Below the pieces are notes generated by a model, which was not told the origin of the DNA, made no database searches, and saw nothing but the letters and a program-made list of their open reading frames with translations. Positions 27,480-32,000 of a stretch of 32,000 bases of DNA are shown here, piece after piece (the stretch's first letter is position 1; each line of letters starts with the position of its first letter). The DNA lies in the NCBI RefSeq assembly GCF_003072485.1, contig NZ_CP025989.1, forward strand, positions 510,001-542,000, read 5' to 3'. The DNA comes from Candidatus Fokinia solitaria (GTDB lineage: Bacteria; Pseudomonadota; Alphaproteobacteria; Rickettsiales; Midichloriaceae). The position numbers and the translations under genes were made by a program.

Positions 27480-27677
27480 ATGATAGGAGTCTATATGATA
27501 ATAGGCATTGTGTCGTTTTCCACTATCAACGGGATTATCATATACATGTTTTTTGTTAACCTAAAGAAAGAAGCTGAGATGAGGAAAAAAGCACTAGAAG
27601 AAAGACGTATAATACGCTTAAGAATAATGAAAACACTCCGCGCAAAATACTATCGAGATTTTGATGAAGCATGTTAA
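27480..27677 (+). CDS. Small single-pass membrane protein A (65 aa): N-terminal TM helix plus K/E/R-rich helical tail ending ..YYRDFDEAC
   Basis: MIGVYMIIGIVSFSTINGIIIYMFFV (hydrophobic) followed by NLKKEAEMRKKALEERRIIRLRIMKTLRAKYYRDFDEAC. It has the same architecture and a similar tail to the ORF at 28024-28227. Confidence 0.45.
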   Translation: MIGVYMIIGIVSFSTINGIIIYMFFVNLKKEAEMRKKALEERRIIRLRIMKTLRAKYYRDFDEAC

Positions 27678-28023
27678 TGACGTTATATCTCTTAGAAAGA
27701 ATATCATAATCTAGTAAGAAGACTAAAATTTATCGCGCATAGCAATATAGAAAGTGCTCTATCAGCAAATAGTAAATTGCAAAATCTCAAAATTCTGAGA
27801 AATATCAGAATAACCACTAATGAAGTAATCTGCTATAAAAAAAGAGAAAATATTAGATAGAAAAATCATATATAAAGTAGTAGCGCGAAGTAGCATCGAT
27901 AGATTTATGCGAAGTGGCAAAGAGTATCTCTTCCATGCGGATACTCTTCGAGATACTACATTCTGCAATTAGATAGCACCTCAGAAAAAGCATAAAGTGC
28001 TATATTAGAGTCTTATAGTTAGT

Positions 28024-28227
28024 TTATTCATCAAACATCCAGTGATATCTCCAAAGCCTTCCTCTAATTCTTCTTTCCATCCTAACAATCATCTTCTCTT
28101 TTTGTATCTCTATTCTTACGTTTGCTTCTTCCTTCAATTTTCTCTTTATAGCAAGAGATAATGCAATACTTGTGATCATGAAGAGAATTATACCACATAC
28201 TATAAGAGCGAGCATCGCGAGATACAA
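28024..28227 (-). CDS. Small single-pass membrane protein B (63-67 aa; likely ATG 28215): same architecture as protein A, tail ends ..WRYHWMFDE
   Basis: (MYLA)MLALIVCGIILFMITSIALSLAI followed by KRKLKEEANVRIEIQKEKMIVRMERRIRGRLWRYHWMFDE. Ungapped tail alignment to protein A gives about 10 identities in 36 positions (LK.EA..R.....E..I.R...), and both tails end in FDE or near it. Confidence 0.45.
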   Translation of the reverse strand: MYLAMLALIVCGIILFMITSIALSLAIKRKLKEEANVRIEIQKEKMIVRMERRIRGRLWRYHWMFDE

Positions 28228-28253
28228 AAAACTTATTTAAATATGCCATGCAA

Positions 28254-28280
28254 AGTACGTCACATAAGCTGTGACGTACT
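28254..28280. repeat. Perfect 10-bp inverted repeat with 7-nt loop (AGTACGTCAC ataagct GTGACGTACT)
   Basis: Read directly from the sequence. It lies between the giant ORF stop and the start of small protein B, with no adjacent T-run on either strand. Confidence 0.7.
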
Positions 28281-28336
28281 GAAGTTATTACAGCAGTTTT
28301 TCAAAATCTAAACCATCACTGCATTTCAAATAGCGA

Positions 28337-28371
28337 GGCAATATATCATAAAATCTTCATCATATATTGCC
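28337..28371 (-). terminator. Candidate intrinsic terminator or RNA hairpin just downstream of the giant ORF (10-bp perfect stem GGCAATATAT/ATATATTGCC, 15-nt loop)
   Basis: The stem arms are 28337-28346 and 28362-28371, 11 nt after the TAA at 28383-28385 on the minus strand. The stem is AT-rich and the trailing sequence (tcgctatttgaaatg) is only moderately T-rich. Confidence 0.3.
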
Positions 28372-28382
28372 ACGCATTCTTA

Positions 28383-31300
28383 TTAACTGTGTTCTATTCC
28401 TCCATCTATTGTAATATCTGCCTTGTGCTCATTATATTCATTCATGATAAAATAATCTGCACCTCCAACTATAGATACAAAGAAGTCATCCTTCGTAATT
28501 GCAGTATAACACGTCTCCATACTATATGTAGTATATACAGCTTCACTAAGATCTCGACAGAAATACTTACTATTGAGCAGTTTTATATACAAATCTTCCT
28601 TATTCTCTAAGTGTACGATCACTTCTCTCTCTTGCATTATCTTCATTGAATCCTTCACTTTGTTATGATCATTAGCAGCTCTTTGCATAAAATGAGCTTT
28701 TATCTGCTCATAATCTATTTTATAGATACTGCTGTTCTGCATCATACCATATAACTCATCCCAACTCTTTATAAGAGACTCTCCACTATCTAATAGTATT
28801 CCATACCCCTTTACCTTCGTATTAAGAGAATCGCAGAGTATCTGTAATTTTTCTGCAATCAGCGAATTAGATTCCTTTTGAAATAGCGAGAGAGCACAGT
28901 AACTCGGCACTGAGTGTAGCATTTTTCTTGCATCCATATAATAAGCACGACTCGCATCTAAAATTGAAGCGCATTTATCTAATTCACGAACTCCAGCAAT
29001 AAACTTATCATCCGTCTCATCAGAGTAGTAACATAAGAGCTCATTATCAATAGAACGCTTCAATTCCTGAGAATATAAGCCAATTATTTTATATTCAGCT
29101 AAGAAATCACGACTCGACCATTCCTGTATTTCCGCTTTCTGTGCAGAGTATTTCTTCAAGTGATCACCACAAGCAGTAATCTTCTTCCTTACTGCATCGC
29201 GTATATCATAAGGCAGCGTGCTTAACTCTCTTCCGACAAACTCATTAATTTCCGTTTCACATTGTTGCATTGCACTAATCGCTTTATCAAAGAAGTTCAC
29301 TTTTTCATTTTTCAATCTTCGTACTGACGCTTCATAGCTTTTCACTTTATCATTCGCATATTCGATAACTTTTGATATCGCATCCACTTCTGATTTAACA
29401 GCATTATACTGCATATCTAAGCCTTTACAACGCTTCGTAATCGCAGACTGATCAGGAAGCTCTGTAAGTACATGCTCTATAATGCCCATACAAGTGCTAC
29501 TTTCAGTTAACTCACTGCCAAAGCCATACTGCGCTATCGTGTTACTAATCTCTTCTAAATCTTTATGATACAATTCTATGATCATTTGCGGCAGCGCATT
29601 CTGAATATCTTTAACGTTCGTATCACTGATCAATTTCGCTAACACAGAAGCACTTGAATATAAGTCAACTTTCTTCAGTGCGCTACTTTTCTTCAGTGCG
29701 TTTACAGCTAAAATTTTAGGCATTACATTATCGAATCTCTGATCCCAGTAAGTGAAAGTCTCTGTCATGTAATTCGTCCTAGAATGCACTACTCCAGGCA
29801 ATGTGTCGTCAGTAATATCTAATATGTCATTTCTAAAATCATTCTTTACATTTTTTAACTTCGAATCGTCTGCTGTGTTATGCGATATCATTCTAGCAAT
29901 AACAGAGTCAAAATGACTGCTTAGTTTTCTCTTTGTATCGTCATGCCATCCTTGCAACTCAATACAACGTAATCCGGAATAATGTAAGGTAGACTCATAT
30001 GATTGTTCCATTCCACTAATATCTTTCTCACGCATCTTATACTTAGATGGCATGGTAATCCTCTGTTCTGTAAAGTGACGAACATCACTTAGACAACTTT
30101 GAACATTGAATTCCATACTTTTTCTAAATCCATCTCGTACTATGAGCCATATATCATTTTTAACATTCTCATCTTGTCTAAACTCTTTGTTTTGCGCATC
30201 AAATATTACATATTTACTAAGTGAAACATATTCTCTTCTCATTACAAAGTTATTATTTATTTGCTCTATCGCTTTCGATTTAGCTACAGCAAATTTCGAC
30301 TGCAGCTCTAATAAGAGGATTTTATGCAACTCAAGATTATTAGAGTTAGTAACAGCTCTACCATAAGAAATTTCATTAATGCTATTAATACTGCTATCCA
30401 ATTCATCCTCCGCACTTCGTATATCTTTCTCTTCTAGCATTGTCAATTTTCCAATCCTCTGCGCTACAAGTTCTGTTTCAGTGCTTAATTTTTTTAACGC
30501 TTCTGCATACTCACTTCCTACTACCATTGCTACGCTGCGCAAATCTCCAATTATACTTGCACCGAAATTAGACACTCTATTATCTACTTCATCACAATCA
30601 TCACTATAGCGATTATGGCATAATTCTTTCATCACAGCATATTCAGCGCTGTTCTTTACATCATCTCTAGCAGCAGCAACATAAGATTCGTAAACAGCAA
30701 TATCAATTGCATTATTTATAATAAGAGGCGTAATTTTCAAAATCTTCTCATTCAAAGCTTTTGTACTTTTCTCTAATAAACGTTCAACATTATCAAGCGC
30801 CTCCATATGCTCTCTATGCGCGAGATATGTCTGCATCTCTCTCACTTTATTGCTAAGTAGCGTATGTATAGTTTGCTTTTTGCTTTCAATTTTTCGAGCA
30901 TTCTCTTGCAAAATAAACTGTAGCACCTTTGAATAATTCATAACGCGCTCATCATTAAAAGGTACTACTTTTTCACAAGAATTACCGCTTGGCAGTGTAT
31001 TACCTAAGCTTTCAATCTCTCTCGAGAAAGCAATATACTCGTTCTTTTTGCCACTCCATCCTTTATTTTGACCAATTTCTTCTCTAATAGTCTCCTCTTT
31101 TTTAGAGAGCTGACTCGCTTTCTGCTCTAAATTCTCCAACTTGCGCAACATACTACCACACTGCGCTATAGCACTATCATATTCTCTTACAGCAGAGTAG
31201 TTTACAGTACTCTCATAATTAGATATCGGCTTTAAAAGTCCATCTTGCAATTTTTGCTGATTCTTTGCAATCAGTTCATATTTGTCCTTCACATCATTAT

Positions 31301-32000
31301 ACCTCTCAACTTCGACAAGAGACTTTTTATGCCCTTCTAATACCTTCATAATATCAGTAAGGTAAAACTTCTCTAAACGAGATGCTTCAGCAGCAGCACT
31401 TTGTTTTAAAACATTCATATAATACGAAGTACGCAAGTCACTATGCTCAGCTTTAAGTTCAAATTTATAAGACGTAACGTACTCAGTTAGACTTTTAGCT
31501 ACAAGTGCATAAGCCTTCTCCATCTCTTTCCTAAAATAAGATATGTCATCATTGTACATCGATGTAACAAGTTGCCTAATTTTTTGCATACTAATATCTA
31601 ACTCTCCACTCGCTAAATTTCTACCTGCTATAAATTTATTCATATTAGCGTTGGACTTACTGATCATATCTTCCTTCTGCTTTGCGGTCCAATCTCCACT
31701 ACTAGTACGATAAGCTCTATAATCAACGTTATAATAAGAATATACCCAAGAAACAGCTTGTATCATTTCTAAAGAATGCATTCCTATCCCATTCTTCTTT
31801 GCAAAATTAGAAAGTTGTATATAATTATATCTATCAGTCTTAGCCGTCTCTACATCTTCCTTTAACTTTTCACGAAGTTCGGAATCAACTCCTGTAACGC
31901 TATCACTACCTCCTAACGAACTATCAGCATTCAAACTCAAAGGTGCTAACTTTTGTGATAATAGTTCTGTAAACTCTTTCTGCTGAGAAACAACAGTATC
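28383..32000 (-). CDS. Giant orphan protein, more than 1,205 aa in window (N-terminus lies beyond the window end), predicted mostly helical, no recognisable domain
   Basis: The track begins it at TTG 31940, but the frame stays open to 32000. My translation of 31941-32000 reads ...DTVVSQQKEFTELLSQKLAP with no stop. The uninterrupted ORF of more than 3.6 kb in an AT-rich genome argues strongly for coding. No TM segment, nucleotide-binding motif or internal repeat seen. Confidence 0.85.
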   Translation of the reverse strand, partial: DTVVSQQKEFTELLSQKLAPLSLNADSSLGGSDSVTGVDSELREKLKEDVETAKTDRYNYIQLSNFAKKNGIGMHSLEMIQAVSWVYSYYNVDYRAYRTSSGDWTAKQKEDMISKSNANMNKFIAGRNLASGELDISMQKIRQLVTSMYNDDISYFRKEMEKAYALVAKSLTEYVTSYKFELKAEHSDLRTSYYMNVLKQSAAAEASRLEKFYLTDIMKVLEGHKKSLVEVERYNDVKDKYELIAKNQQKLQDGLLKPISNYESTVNYSAVREYDSAIAQCGSMLRKLENLEQKASQLSKKEETIREEIGQNKGWSGKKNEYIAFSREIESLGNTLPSGNSCEKVVPFNDERVMNYSKVLQFILQENARKIESKKQTIHTLLSNKVREMQTYLAHREHMEALDNVERLLEKSTKALNEKILKITPLIINNAIDIAVYESYVAAARDDVKNSAEYAVMKELCHNRYSDDCDEVDNRVSNFGASIIGDLRSVAMVVGSEYAEALKKLSTETELVAQRIGKLTMLEEKDIRSAEDELDSSINSINEISYGRAVTNSNNLELHKILLLELQSKFAVAKSKAIEQINNNFVMRREYVSLSKYVIFDAQNKEFRQDENVKNDIWLIVRDGFRKSMEFNVQSCLSDVRHFTEQRITMPSKYKMREKDISGMEQSYESTLHYSGLRCIELQGWHDDTKRKLSSHFDSVIARMISHNTADDSKLKNVKNDFRNDILDITDDTLPGVVHSRTNYMTETFTYWDQRFDNVMPKILAVNALKKSSALKKVDLYSSASVLAKLISDTNVKDIQNALPQMIIELYHKDLEEISNTIAQYGFGSELTESSTCMGIIEHVLTELPDQSAITKRCKGLDMQYNAVKSEVDAISKVIEYANDKVKSYEASVRRLKNEKVNFFDKAISAMQQCETEINEFVGRELSTLPYDIRDAVRKKITACGDHLKKYSAQKAEIQEWSSRDFLAEYKIIGLYSQELKRSIDNELLCYYSDETDDKFIAGVRELDKCASILDASRAYYMDARKMLHSVPSYCALSLFQKESNSLIAEKLQILCDSLNTKVKGYGILLDSGESLIKSWDELYGMMQNSSIYKIDYEQIKAHFMQRAANDHNKVKDSMKIMQEREVIVHLENKEDLYIKLLNSKYFCRDLSEAVYTTYSMETCYTAITKDDFFVSIVGGADYFIMNEYNEHKADITIDGGIEHS

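Noticed and set aside
27762-27968. 68-aa minus-strand ORF (TTG start; 44 aa from internal ATG) between the two small membrane-protein genes
   Set aside because: It is not reported as a feature. It has a hydrophobic core (TTLYMIFLSNIFSFFIADYFISGY) but no charged tail like its neighbours, a non-ATG start and no other support. I kept it only as a note under the small-protein finding.
28389-30609. Plus-strand ORFs of 73-86 aa (28389-28610, 30106-30366, 30379-30609) inside the giant gene
   Set aside because: They are antisense to a continuous ORF of more than 3.6 kb, with an I/L/S/F-rich antisense signature.
1-32000. Alternative genetic code (TGA as Trp), as seen in some highly reduced symbionts
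   Set aside because: Conserved genes are full length under the standard code, and TGA terminates frr and the histidine kinase at positions consistent with family lengths.
1-32000. tRNA, rRNA, tmRNA, RNase P or SRP RNA genes, and mobile elements
   Set aside because: I scanned the larger intergenic regions by eye (7596-7721, 16502-16703, 19280-19458, 20116-20639, 24890-25064, 26963-27479, 28228-28382). I looked for T-loop GGTTCGA-type motifs, the RNase P GAGGAAAGTCC box and the SRP GGAAGCAGCC box, and found none. No transposase, integrase or terminal inverted repeats were recognised. A covariance-model scan is needed to exclude small RNAs properly.

Overview
AT-rich, gene-dense window that looks like the chromosome of a reduced, probably obligately intracellular alphaproteobacterium (Rickettsiales-like). 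That placement is an inference from content: alpha-type SspB, a DUF1013 protein, 97-aa L28, VirB11, AmpG, decayed metabolic genes and no Shine-Dalgarno sequences. I count about 27 protein-coding genes. By eye I found no rRNA, tRNA, CRISPR array, transposase or phage gene. TGA is used as a stop (frr, histidine kinase), so the standard bacterial code applies. Most content is housekeeping: rpoC (partial), rpoB, nusA, frr, htrA, plsY, secF, pgk, rpsC, rplO, rpmB, nusB and tsaD. The gene order is unusual, because canonical operons are broken. nusA sits directly upstream of rpoB-rpoC, and rpsC and rplO are solitary genes. rpmB is detached from other ribosomal-protein genes and heads an rpmB-nusB-tsaD array. 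virB11 is an orphan. Two ORFs look like relics of metabolic genes: a SucA N-terminal-region homolog and a glutamine-synthetase catalytic domain lacking its N-domain. L15 carries a roughly 120-aa Arg/Gly/Ser/Glu-rich repeat extension that appears to be translated. The least ordinary stretch is 26963-32000. It holds short orphan ORFs, including two convergent, similarly built single-pass membrane proteins, followed by a domain-less ORF of more than 1,200 aa that runs off the window. All calls rest on motif recognition and by-eye alignment, with no database search.
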